Assembly (NCBI RefSeq): GCF_006345805.1
Contig: NC_043022.1
Coordinates: 13,144,001-13,208,000 of the forward strand
DNA length: 64,000 bases
Source of the DNA: Octopus sinensis
Lineage: Eukaryota
Reading direction: 5' to 3'
A model generated the notes under the pieces. The model had not been told where the DNA came from. It ran no database searches and saw only the letters and a list, made by a program, of their open reading frames with translations. This document shows, in pieces, positions 1 to 12,270 of this stretch. The position numbers and the translations under genes were made by a program. Within the stretch, counting starts at the first letter, position 1. The number at the start of each line of letters is the position of its first letter.

Positions 1-3000
1 TAGTGATTATGCTGCTGCTGCTGTTGTTGTTGTTGTTGTTGTTTCTGTTGAAAATGCCAAGGTTGCTTGTGATATTGTTGCTGCTGTTGCTCATCATCAT
101 CATCATCATCATCGTCATCTTCTTCCTCTTCCTCCTCTTCTTCGTCTTGCTGCCGCAGCTCTTCCTCTTCTTGTTGCATCTCTTGTTTTTGCTTTTCTTC
201 TTCTTTCTCTTGTCTTTCATCATCATCATCATCTTGTTCTTCTTCTTCTTTCTCTTGCTGCTGTTGTTGCTGCTGCTGTTGTTGTTGTTCTTGTTGCTCT
301 ACAGAATGGGACTTTGAAATGTCGTCGTCATAGATTTTCTCCTCCGAGATGCTCATATCAAAGCCTGGCATCTTTTTGCCAATCTTCTTCAGCAGCATCG
401 CATCCAGGCCATACAGCTTCTGTTCGAGCTTTTCACAAATCTTCTTACTCATGTCGGAGTTGTTCAACAGTTTCTCACTTTTATGCGGCGAATGCAAGCT
501 GTAAACCTTCTTGGATCGTTCGATGAAGTTGAACTTGGTTTTCACCTTACATTCTTTCTCACTGAACAGTTTCGAGGACTTCTCAGGGCAGATTATGTCG
601 TAGACATCATCAGATGCATCATCAAAGTCATAAATGTGATGACCAATGTTGCGGTTCGTGTCCGAGTTGCTGCCCTGCGTTTTGTCTATGGGGCTAGGGT
701 TACAGGTTGAGATTTTATTACACAGTTCATTGTCGGTAAGCTTGTTCTCTTCGCTTTCACACACAATAAGTTTATTGCCATCGCCTTCACCACCATATTC
801 ACTAAAGTCAAAATTATAGATCATTACATTTCCTTTCTTCATGTTGTCACACGGTGCCGACAGTTTGTCAACTGAAGACGCATTGTTCTCTTTATCAGAA
901 ACGGATTTCTCTTCCGAGGTTTCTTCTTTAGTTTCGCTGGTCACTTCTAGATTTTTGCTCTTGTCCAAGTCTTGTACAACATCAGGAGTGTCGAGTGACA
1001 GGACTGAATCACAGCTCTCCTTCAGCAACAAATAAGGATTGAAGTTTTTCATCAACTGTTTTCTAACTTTAATTTCCAGCCAGTCGGGTTTTATTTTATC
1101 AGAATTACAGTCAGTATTTGGTCTTTTGGCATCGATAAACACATCAGATACGCTCTCCTCCAATTCTTTAACACTGTAAGGACTATCGATGTCTTTGCTG
1201 TCCGAATGTGCAGGGCTTTCCATTTGGACAGACTTCTCTTTGATGCCATCCAAGTCAGTCGGTTCGTCCTGCTCACCATTGGGCTGTTCTACTGCTTCAT
1301 TTAATCCCATTGGGAACAAAAGAAATTCCGGTGTCTTTTCACAAACGTTCTTGGAAAGAAAATCAGAAACGGTCTTCTTAACTTTCTCTGTCTCATGAAT
1401 TTTCTCAAATTTCTTGATTTGTTCAGAATCTTGAATCTTCTCTGTGATATTTTCTGATTTCTCAAAATCATAAACGTCTTCAACCCCATGTTCTACTTTA
1501 TCCCCGTCTCCTGCTCTTTCCTCCTCTTCAGCTTCAGTCTTTTCCAGTTTCACGCACTCTTCCTTTGCGTCTTCGATTTCACTCTTTACAGTTTCGCTCT
1601 CCCCACTTTCGAAACCACTCTGCTTCGTTTCTTTCTCGCTGTCGTCGACAAAGTCAGTTGCGCTTTCCTTCAGATCTTCACACGAAGACGTCCTCTTAAT
1701 CTTCTGTTTTATCTCGGGATCCACATCAACGTTCACTTGCTCTTTGACTGGCAAAGATTCCACCTTCACTGAATCTTCTGCCTTCGGGCTGACTAAACCA
1801 CCAAAGTCTTTCACCGTTAGGGACTTCACGTCAGCCTGTTCCTCTTTTGCTTCCTGCTCATTGGTAAAAATCTCATCCTCATCTTCTTCCACCAGTGGCA
1901 TTTTCAATACATTCTTTTTAGAACTTTTCTTTGACTTAGTTTCATGCTTTTTCTTTTCCTTCTTCTTTTTCTTCTTGCTTTTGTTTGGTTTGCTCAACAC
2001 ATCTGGTGGTTCCTCTTCTGTATCAGCATGGTGGCTCTCTTCGGGATCTTTCGTGACCTCTTCCCCTTGATTGACATCCAAAAACAGGCAGTCTTCAGTC
2101 TTGTGAGAGAAAACTTCTTTGTTGGATTTTCGTTTTGCAAATGGTTTCACATCTTCCAAGTCGGCCGTCACCGTGTCATCGGCGTCGTTGTCGGACACTG
2201 CACAAGTGATGGCAGGTAAAGTGGATGCTGTCAAAGATGTGACATCGCCAGAAGGACTTACAGTCGTGATAGTTGTTGTAATGGTGTTTGTGGTCATTGT
2301 TGTAGTGAAAGTGAGTTGTTCTGCCTCAGTTTTAACACTTTCGCCTCCACTCGGGTAGTTTTCTTCAGACTTGACAGGAAAATAATCTTCACAAGGCAGG
2401 TCCATGTATTCCATATCAGTTCCTTCAGCTGTCAGTGGGTTTACATCAGAGCTTTCAGGAAGGCTGCTATCGAATGTTGCTAAAGACTTTAACACACCTT
2501 TCTCTTCTTTGCTTACTTTATTGTCAGTGGATCTCTTCGATTTCTTCTTCTTCTTCTCGGATTTCTTCTTCTTCTCCTTACCGGAAGACTTCTTGCGGTT
2601 GGTCTTCTCGCTTTTCTCGATCGTAGCTTCGTCTTGGCTGTCTTTTCTAGCATCGCCAGAACTGCTTCTCTGCTCTTGTAAGATCAACAGGGAACTGCTT
2701 ATTCTCTCTTTCGGTAATTTCGATGGAATTTCTTTGTAGTCTTTCTCATCTGGATCGCTATCGGACGACACATCAAGGACAGTTTTAGGCTTTTTGTGCA
2801 GAGGTCGAGTTTTCGGAGAGGGTTTCTTCGATTCCCGTTTACTCGGCATAGGCACAAATGTTGGGGGTTCTTCCTCGGACGAAGAACTTTCAATCACGTT
2901 GCGTTTCTTCTTCTTACTCGAAGTCTCGTCTTTCTCTTCGATTAACGTTTCCTTTTTGGAAGCCACAAAAGATGTACTTGTACTGCTTTCGTCATCAGTG

Positions 3001-6000
3001 TTCTGTACACTACTTTCTGTCTCGTCGCTGCGGCTTGGCTTGCTGCCCCTCTTTTTCCGGGTATTCTTCAGTTGATTCAACTTCTTCCTCATGTCTTCCA
3101 TTTCTTTGTCCTTGTTGCTGCAGGATCTCCGCTTCACCTTGTCGTACATAGACACGTACGGGCCATAGGCATCGAGGTAGAACTCGCTTTTCTTCTCGTC
3201 CCCAGATTTTTCTTTTTCAGATTTTTCCTTGTCTGACTTTTCCGTTTTCTCCATACTTTCAGATTTGTCGGATTTCTCCGTCTTTTCCGATCGATCAGAT
3301 TTATCCGACCTGTCCTTCTCGGGTCTTTCTGGTTTCTCCTTATCGGATTTATCAGGTTTATCTTGCTTGTCTTTGTCAGGTTTCTCCTGTTTATCTTTAT
3401 CAGGTTTTCCTTTATCTGGTTTTTCCTTCTCTGGTTTGTCTTTATCAGTTTTGTCTTTATCGGATTTCTCTTTTTCTTTTTCCGATTTTTCCTTTTCGGA
3501 TTTTTCAACTTTCTCGGATTTTTCCTTCTCTGACTTCTCTTTATCACTTTTATCCCGTTCAACTTTTTCCTTCTCTCCTTTCTCACACTTGTCAGACTTT
3601 TCACTTTTTGAGTCTTTCTCCGACTTCTCAAAGCGTTCGGACTTGTCCTTTTCCTGTTTCTCGGATTTTTCACATTTTTCCTTTTCACTCTTTTTCCTAT
3701 CGGAGCTCAGACGAGTGCTGTCTTTCCGACTGCGTTCCGATGCACTCCGATTGCTTTTCTCCGATTTGTGATAAGTCTTGCAAGATTTCGTCGAATCCGC
3801 TTCAGATTTCGTTTGGTCGTGTTTATGGTGAGACTTGCTACTTGACTTTGGAGTGGATTCACTCTCGACTTTCTCACTCTCGTGTTTATGGTGAGACTTA
3901 CTTGGTTTCAAGTTGTCAGCTTCACCTTTATCGTGTTCGCTTTTACTAGACTTAGATTTGCCAGAGTCTACCTCTTGTTTCTCCTGACTGTCGACAGATT
4001 TATGATGAGATTTTGCTAACGGCTTCCCCGCTTCGTTCTCCGACTTGTCGCTGCCGTCAGATTTGTGATGTGATTTTGTCGTCTTAGAAAGCTCAGATTC
4101 AGTTTTATCAGACTCTGCCTTGTGATGATATTTAGTGGGTTTCGACTGATTCTCACTGTCTGGCTCACTTCGGTGTTGGCTCTTGCTAGATTTTGCAGCA
4201 TCGCTTTTCACACTCTCGCCTCTCTCTTTCTCTTCTTTATCCTCTTCGGATTTCCTGTGGGATTTTACAGACTTCAATGCAGCGTCACTTTCTGCTTTCT
4301 CATTTTCGCTTTTGTGACTCGTTCGTCCATTTTTTGAAACGTCACCTTCACCACTTTTGTCCTCGCTTTTACTTTTCGACCGACTTTCAGTTTTTGACTT
4401 GGATGATTTCTCTTTCCTGTGGCACTCTTTCACCTCAGACTCACTTTTGCTGCTGTCTTTACGTTCTTTCTCTACTTTACCCTCAATGCTCTTCGAACGG
4501 TTTTTCTCTCTCTTTTCCGTCTTCTCGTGTTTCTTTTCAGAGTGGGTCGCCTTCGTCTTGCTCTTCTCTTCAACTTCATTCCCCCCACAATCTTTGTTAT
4601 TGGATTTACACTTATCAGACGATCGCTCACACTCTTTCTCCGTTTTCACACTACTTTTCGACTCCTTCTTCTGAGAAGTGGACTCGGCCGATTTCTTCTC
4701 CTCTTTCTTGTCAACTTCATTCGTTTCTTTCTTCTCCGTCTTTTCCCGACTCGGTATCTTAACGAGTTTCTTTTCCGGTGATTTGCTCGGTTTATTCAAA
4801 GAACTCGACGACACTTTCTTGTCACCGTCGTCTTTAACTTTGCTAGAATCACTGTGTTTTGCTTTCTTTCTGTGCTGCTGCACAGGAGTGGTCACTGGCT
4901 GTCCTTGAGCCACCAGGGGTTGAGGTTGAGTGGGCGTTTGACTTTCCTCTTTGATGAGTTGTTTCTCAACAGTTTCACTTCTCACAACTTCGGTCAGTTT
5001 TGAGGAAGGACAGTTTTTTGGTTCGATTTTCATCAACTTATTCCTAACAGGATCAAATTCATCACAAGTTTTCCTTTTACCTAAGCAGGAAACAGAGGAC
5101 GTGGACGGTATAGAAACAGGACTAGGGACGACATCCCTTTTCTCTTTTGCATCAAATTCACTGGTTTCTTCCAGCTTGAGATCTTTCTTTGGTGGTATCC
5201 AGTCAGCACCCTCCTTCTTGACTTCAATACCTAAAGGGCCTGTTGCCTCCTTCTTGACCACAATATCAGGGGTATGGTAAGATGGACTGACCACAGGACT
5301 AGTAGAGCCAACCAGAGAGCTTTCCGCAGTAGATTTTACAGAAAGTGAACTAAATTCAACTGGTGATGAGGTGGATGTTGAAGGTAACACTTGAGAAGGA
5401 TCCTCATTTTTGACAGACAATTCAGTTGTGTTGGAGGTAACCAAGTGCTTTTTCATTGAAGGAAATGTATCAGCTGGTGATTTGGTAGGGGAGCTGTTAG
5501 CAACTGCAGAATTTGACCAGAATTGTGGGGTACTGGTGGTGGTGGTGGAGGAGGAAGAGGAGGTGGTGTTGGTGGTTGTGGTGGTTATGGTGGTAGTGGT
5601 GGTGGTGGTAGTAGTGGCGGTGACACCTATCACAGGATGCTGGGGATAAACACCAGGAATGAAGTGTTGGTAGGAGGAAGAGAGGTTCAACGTTGATACA
5701 AATGGATTATAAAGGGGGCTGAAGTTCTGGGGCATTGTTGGGGGCATTTCTTTGGCAGCTGCTTTTGTACGGATGTTCATCTTGGGGGGAGAGTCCTCCA
5801 TGTTGATGGTGATCTCCTTCGGTTCATATTTCTCATTTATCTGCTCCAAGCGTTTAGAGTCTTGGTCAAATATACTGGACCGTGACAGTAGAGATTTCAC
5901 TATATCAGATGGTTCACTGCGTAAATTAGAAGATAAAACACCAGATCCGCTTAAAGAAGATTCCTTTTTTTTAATCTTGTATTTACCGTATAATCCAGGT

Positions 6001-8304
6001 GTTGAGGTGTCAACCGGTCGAGGGACTGGTGCCATATTTAGTTTTTTGTCTAACTGACGGATTTTTTCATCCAAAGAAGAACAGCTAAGTTCACTCAAGC
6101 TGTCAGATAAATTATCTTCAGCGTCTGGATTGGGGATCATGGACTTAGAGCCACTGGAGCTGGCAGCTAGGTCCTTGCTCAGCTGGTCTTCTTCTTTTTG
6201 GTCCTGCAATGCTAAACCTGACTCGGGTAAGTTTGAATTAGCTGTATCATGAGAAATATCAGACAGTGAACCGGCGGGAGACATGACCGGGGACTGCGAT
6301 TTGCTACTGCTCTGTGGCGAGAAACAGGGTGAACGAACTTTAGGTCCCGCAGGCATTGGCGGTGGCGAAGGACATAACTGAGGAGACTCCATAGGGGAAG
6401 CATTATGCTTCAATGCAAACCGAGGCAATGGTAAAGAAAGAGGTTCCTCCTTCTTTATTTCATGCCGAGGGTCTTGAATAATCTCATCAACTGACATCTC
6501 CTTCTTGATGATTTTAGTGCCAGACTCAGAATTGTCTTTCGACGTTATCATGTGGACCATTTTGTATTCTCTGGATTCTTTGTGACTGGATTCCGTAGAA
6601 TCCCGATTGTGTTCCGAATGCCTGGATTGTTCTTTAAACCGACCAATCACAGTGGAGAGTTCATCTTTCCCTGCTTCTCGACTCGACCGCCGTACCGTGC
6701 TCTCATCAACCTCCATTGACTTATGGTCTTTTTCGTCATCACTGCTCACTCCACCGCTTCTTTTCATTCGATAGAATCTGCCGCTGCGTACACCAGATAC
6801 CACTTCGTCCCCTTCCAATTTCTTTTTACGTTTAGGCTTAAACGACGTCAAAATGACGGTCGGCGACGTAATAGTCAATTCCTCCTCTCCCTCGCTATCC
6901 ATTCCATCAAGCATCACAACTTTCTCAGCAACCTTTTTCGGTTTTGAAATCGATTCTCCTTGGGTTTGTTCCAGTAGTCGTCGAGCTTCCATTTGTTTGC
7001 GAAAACTCTGAGACGGTTCTAGTTTGCGTTTCTCTTTGCTGTGTAATTCCGCCGCTAACCCATGCCGTAAACTGCCGAGAAGAGACTCGTCCGGTCGAAT
7101 CTTTCGCGGTACAATACGGCCACGGCCGTCATCACGCAGTTCGTCGTGCGTTGAGGATTCATTGTCGCTCGTGCTGCCAGCATCCTCAAGTTGCTTCAGT
7201 TTCTCAAGCAGCAATCGTTTCTCTCGATGAAGATGGCCAAGATCAGTTTCTGTGAACGAGCCATGATCAGAGTCATCATGGGCACTAGAATGACTAGAGC
7301 CAGTGTGGCTCGGATCTAACAGCTTGTGTCGGCTCATTCGACGCTTTTCGTGATGTAGTTCTTCCACCTTTTTTAGTAGCACCTGGTGTCTGTCCTGGAT
7401 TAATGATTCAACCAACCGACTCGAAGACGGTTGTTGAGATTTGTGGAGCCGCGACGACAGTATATCGTGCTTGCTATCATCAAATTCTCGACTCTTCTTT
7501 CGTGCTGGTGTCAACTCCGACCGTAGTCGCTCACTTTCCCCCTTTACATAAGACATTGCAGGGTTTCCAAGACACTTCACATTGTAAACTTTCTCGTGCT
7601 CAACGGCTCGCAGAGATTCTATCTTATCATCTGTTCTGCACATCTTTTTAATATCTCCTGTCCGTTCAAACTCGTCAAACGGACTAATTGGTCGAATTTT
7701 TGAATAAATGGGTGGTTCTTCCTCTGTGGGTGTTGGTGGGGTCTGCGGTGTCTGGGGAGATTTCGGTCGGAAAACCGAATCTTTTCTCCTCTCTCGGAGG
7801 GGCGTCCGGCTTCTACTCCGACTTTCTGTCCGACTCCCACTTTTACTCCGACTACGGCTTTTGCTTCTCCGCCTCACCGGAGAATGTCTGTAAGGAAAGT
7901 CTAAAGTAGTCGGGCTGTGGTCCCGAGATGACTGCTTCAACCGATTTTCTGTTCGTGAAGAATACTTTATTTTTGATGACGTTGAGTGTCTGTCTGAGAT
8001 TTCTAAGGAGTGGTGGTCAAGCCAGGAGTCATCACGCCCAGTATCACTCACTGCACTATCACTGCTATAATATTCGTATCGGTCTTTACTGAAACTTTCA
8101 TCATAACGACTGCCTCGACTTGACTCTTTGTCTAAATTCGAATGTCGGTCTTCCCGATAAGGACTGTGGTAACGACGCGGTGGAGTCACATTGCCCCGTT
8201 CCCGTCTTTCTCTTTGACTATAACCATATTCTCTCAATTCCTGCTCATAGGAATCCTCTTCAGTGAAAGGAGGAGCACTGCCTTGGCTGTACTCATCTAT
8301 GTGC
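1..8304 (-). CDS. SPEN: SPEN giant internal exon (>=8304 nt, ~2767 codons, continues past window start); low-complexity/disordered central region
   Basis: Acceptor ttattttgtag|G CAC ATA GAT at 8304 (phase 2). I translated large stretches of this frame by hand (about 3-1770, 3180-3250, 5520-6120, 6120-8304) and found no stop. It contains an RS tract (~7790-7870), the motifs SLDEKIRQLDKKL (~6040-6080) and SLLSRSSIFDQDSKRLEQ (~5845-5900) that recall conserved Spen segments, K/E/S/D repeats, poly-T/S, and poly-Q/E/D at 3-300. It is absent from the ORF track, probably because no stop is reached inside the window. Confidence 0.93.
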
Positions 8305-8477
8305 CTACAAAATATAAGACAATAGATAAAAATCAGAACAGTTTGCCAATAAAGATCACGACAACTACAACAACAACAACAACCAACTACATTCAGAGTA
8401 AATTTGAGCATTTCTGACAAATGTTAGTTTTCTAAGACTGTGGAGAAACGGTAAATCTTTGACATCATGCCTTAGTA

Positions 8478-8722
8478 ATTGATTAGACCAGGGGTTTAAC
8501 ACTAGTTAAATAGGGGTTAGGACAATAGTGATTGATTAGACCAGGGGTTTAACAATAGTTAAATAGGGGTTAGGACAATAGTGATTGATTAGATCAGGGG
8601 TTAGGACAATAGTGATTGATTAGATCAGGAGTTAGGACAATAGTGATTGATTAGATCAGGGGTTTAACAACAGTTAAATAGGGGTTAGGACACTAGTGAT
8701 TGATTAAATCAGGGGGTTTAAC
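8478..8722. repeat. Compound minisatellite (53-bp and 30-bp units)
   Basis: GATTGATTAGACCAGGGGTTTAACAxTAGTTAAATAGGGGTTAGGACAATAGT repeated with internally deleted variants. Confidence 0.85.
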
Positions 8723-9510
8723 CAATCACCCCAAAATATATATATTTATGCCAACGTTAGCCCCTTGATTTGAAAGGAAGAAAATCATAGATTCTTTGAA
8801 TTTAAAAGGTGTATTGAATCTACTTATATGGAGAACACAATTATAAATATAAAAAACTATAAAACAAATGTGATAAAATAAATATCACTATGAAGCAAAA
8901 GGATTTTCCTAGGAACTTTTTCACTTCAGGTTTTGGAGAAACGAGGTTTAATTTTTCTTACAATTACATCAAAATTGGGGCATTTTGATGCCAAAGCATT
9001 TTGGATACAGTCTTCGGGGTCCAATTGATCACGCTGCTTTGTCTGTTCATTAGAGTGGAAAATCCTTGTTTGCAAAGGTAGGTACTTGACCGTTTCCTCA
9101 TGCCAGAAGCAAAATTTCTGTTGCAACAAGGAACAGGTTTTTTATATAATCTTACTTTCGAATGAGTCCTCATTATCCCTGAGAATTTCATTTTTACTTC
9201 ACCAGGGTTAATTTACCCTGGTTCACCAATCCATGGATTAGGCGATAATGGCGATTGGTTGAATGATGATGATGATGACTGATGAGATGACAATGGCAGG
9301 TGATTAAATGACAATGACGATTGATTAGATAGACAACTTGATTGATAAGATAATGAAGATTAATTAAGATTGATGATAAAACATTAGATGACAGTGAAGA
9401 TAGATTAAATGATGCTGAAGACTGATGATTGAATAAACCTAGTAATAAAAAAAAAAATTTTTTTTTCAAGTTTTTGGCCGACACTTTTTTTTTTAGATAA
9501 TTAAACTTGC

Positions 9511-9708
9511 CTTTGCCTTTGTGTGGCAGGAAATTCTTCTGAGTAAGTATTTTCTGTGAAGTGACGCCCTCTGTAAGATCCTTGCCTCGACGAAGTGGCA
9601 GGAAAGGTTGTCGTACGATTCCTTTTTGTGGTGGTTGTGAACTGCGTTGCCGTGATGGCAACCCGGGATGTGGAGGAAACAGTGCTGACATTGCCAGTAG
9701 CTTCATAG
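9511..9708 (-). CDS. SPEN: SPEN coding exon (198 nt, phase 2/2) ending in a GC donor
   Basis: Acceptor ttgttgttgcag|C TAT GAA; reads YEATGNVSTVSSTSRVAITATQFTTTTKRNRTTTFPATSSRQGSYRGRHFTENTYSEEFPATQRQR; donor AAG|GCAAGT; phases match both neighbouring exons. Confidence 0.8.
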
Positions 9709-10458
9709 CTGCAACAACAACAACAAATTAAAAATTAATAAACAACATCACTGCAAAACAATTAGGAAGGAGGGGGGGATACTCTAAACGAGATGGATTA
9801 AAATGAACTTCAAAAGCATCCAATTTAGAAATTAACTTTACTATTTAAACTGGCAATATCCAAACCCCAATGTTCTACCTTTGTTTAAACTGGCCAGATT
9901 TGGCCTCTCACACCAACCTTACAATGTCATTCTAAAAATAGACAATCACCATCCTCATCATCATCATACGGCCATTTTCCATGCTGGCATGGGTTGGGCA
10001 GTTTGACCGGAGCTGGTAAGCCAGAGAGTTGCACCAGGTTCCTAAGTCTGTTTTGACTTTGTTTCTACAGCTGGATGCCCTTCCTAACTCCAACCACTCC
10101 ACAGAGTCGTTGGCACGGGTGCCTATTAGATGTCACCAACCCGGGGTGCCTTTTCAGTCTCACTGGCACAGGTGCCTTTTATGCCTCACTAGCATGGGTG
10201 CCTTTTTACGCCTCACTGGCACAAGTGCATTTTACATCCCACTGACACAGGTGCCCTTTACAAGCCACCAGTACTGGTGCCCTTTGCATGTCATTGGTAT
10301 GAGTGCCTTTTACATCTCGAAGCTATGGGACAAAGCATGATTACTTCAAAACAACATGAACAAATAAACAGGATATTTAATAGGTTAATCTGAATATTAA
10401 AGGGTTAAACTAGAAAGTAAAACAGAACTATTTCTACTGAAATGAGTCAAGTCTTTAC

Positions 10459-10643
10459 CGTGCAGTGTCTTCTTTGTAAGCAGACGGCGTTGCAGGTGAA
10501 TCGTAATATTCAAAGCTTGTTCCTCTGTTGTGTCTATATAAGCGACCACCTCGCTCATCTGGACGTTCTCCAGGCTGCAACTGGCCAGTCCGTTCCATTT
10601 TCTCAAAAAATGCTGTCTGACAATCTCGACTTGCAAAATCAAT
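10459..10643 (-). CDS. SPEN: SPEN coding exon: end of RRM4 and downstream helix
   Basis: ttgttgtag|ATT GAT TTT GCA AGT CGA GAT TGT CAG ACA GCA TTT TTT GAG AAA ATG = IDFASRDCQTAFFEKMERTGQ, matching SPEN VDFANRESQLAFYHCMEKSGQ as recalled; donor CG|gtaaag. Confidence 0.93.
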
Positions 10644-11703
10644 CTACAACAAAAGCATAAAAACGTTGTGCTTAGCGAGTTTATGGGTCGAATGGGGTTT
10701 TCTCGCTGGTTTTAAAACACAACTGAAATATCTTTTTAAAGAGAAAAAATTCCTAATGAATCCAGTAAAAACTGTAAACAATGAAAAACGAACCGTTAAG
10801 CATACAAAGCATCATAGAATTAATTGATTTTTAATTACAAAGAAACCCGAAGAGTCTCTTGCTAATTGCACCAATAACAACCCTACCGTATTATAACCAC
10901 GACCCACCAGCATTTAGCAGTTTTAATCGTTAAAGAGAATTCACAGTTTCCTCAAATTTAATCACAAAATACAAAATACGCAAATTTAGTATATAATTTC
11001 AAATGTTAATTAAAGCGTAAATTGAAGCATAATTTATATTAAAATGTTAGCAGCTGAGTTAGAAACCAATGACAAAATAAATGAATAATAAATAATAAAA
11101 TGAAGAAAAAAAAAATGATGTTAAACTGTATTTCAATAAAATTTTGTGGATAAATCAAAAATAAGGGAAGAAGTTAAACTAATTTTAGGAAAGTGAATTC
11201 CCCAAAACAACCAGGCCAGTTTCATTAATTTACAGCTCCAATACAGACTATAGTCTAAATGCCAGCATTCAATGTTTTCGATATCAACAAATTTACTAGG
11301 ATCTGTAATGCATAAAGTTTGGGCCTCATTGCTTTAAAGAAACACAGAAATAAAAGATATAAAATAGGAAATGAAGAAAAATTTAAATAAAGAGTTGAGC
11401 ATCAGGTAAGTAACATTTACTTTTGGTAAGTAAGAATTACTTTTGGTAAGTAAGAATTACTTTTCAATGAATTTTGGAATAAAGAGAGAGAAAATGGTTG
11501 CAAGAGAGAGAAAAGATATTTTCAGGCACAGACTTGTATTTTTTTCTTTTTTTTTCTGTATGTCTTTCACGGTGTGTATATTTTAAACTTTTTCAATGCT
11601 TAATCTATAATTCTATTCTATGCACAGAGTTCCTTAATGCCAGCCAGATAAATCTTCTGAACAGAAACAACACTACGTTACCTTGGCAGTGGATAACATA
11701 CTA

Positions 11704-12270
11704 TGAGCAATGCTATGTAACAATCTCAGCAGTACTACGTAATAATATAAGCAGTACTATATAACAGTATCAACTGTACAATGTAACAATCAGAGCAGTA
11801 CTATATAATGATATGAGCACTACTATGTAACAATCAGAGCAGTACTATATAATGATATGAGCACTACTATGTAATACTATGAGCAGTACTATATAATGAT
11901 ATGAGCACTACTATGTAATACTATGAGCAGTACTATATAATGATATGAGCACTACTATGTAATACTATGAGCAGTACTATATAATGATATGAGCACTACT
12001 ATGTAATACTATGAGCAGTACTATATAATGATATGAGCACTACTATGTAATACTATGAGCAGTACTATATAATGATATGAGCACTACTATGTAATACTAT
12101 GAGCAGTACTATATAATGATATGAGCACTACTATGTAATACTATGAGCAGTACTATATAATGATATGAGCACTACTATGTAATACTATGAGCAGTACTAT
12201 ATAATGATATGAGCACTACTATGTAATACTATGAGCAGTACCATATAATGCGAGCAGTAAGGACTATATA
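11704..12270. repeat. 22-bp minisatellite with a 44-bp higher-order dimer
   Basis: GAGCAGTACTATATAATGATAT alternating with GAGCACTACTATGTAATACTAT; about 8 identical dimers at 11881-12240, diverged monomers at the edges. Confidence 0.95.

Noticed and set aside
3134-3688. 184-aa K/R/N-rich minus-strand ORF
   Set aside because: Alternative frame of the repetitive SPEN exon; no independent start or splice evidence.
3-8417. Many plus-strand ORFs (poly-Leu 3..317, Ser/Phe/Leu-rich 3229..3771, etc.)
   Set aside because: Antisense shadows of the K/E/Q/D-rich SPEN exon; codon bias keeps these frames open.
8480-8720. GGGGTTAGG motifs resembling telomeric repeats
   Set aside because: Not tandem TTAGGG; they are part of a longer minisatellite unit.
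11405-11465. Three tandem GGTAAGTA donor-like motifs (20-bp repeat)
   Set aside because: On the strand opposite to SPEN, with no plus-strand exon upstream.
11881-12240. Regular 44-bp array resembling CRISPR
   Set aside because: No unique spacers, no cas genes, eukaryotic intron. The same applies to the 38-bp and 22-bp arrays.
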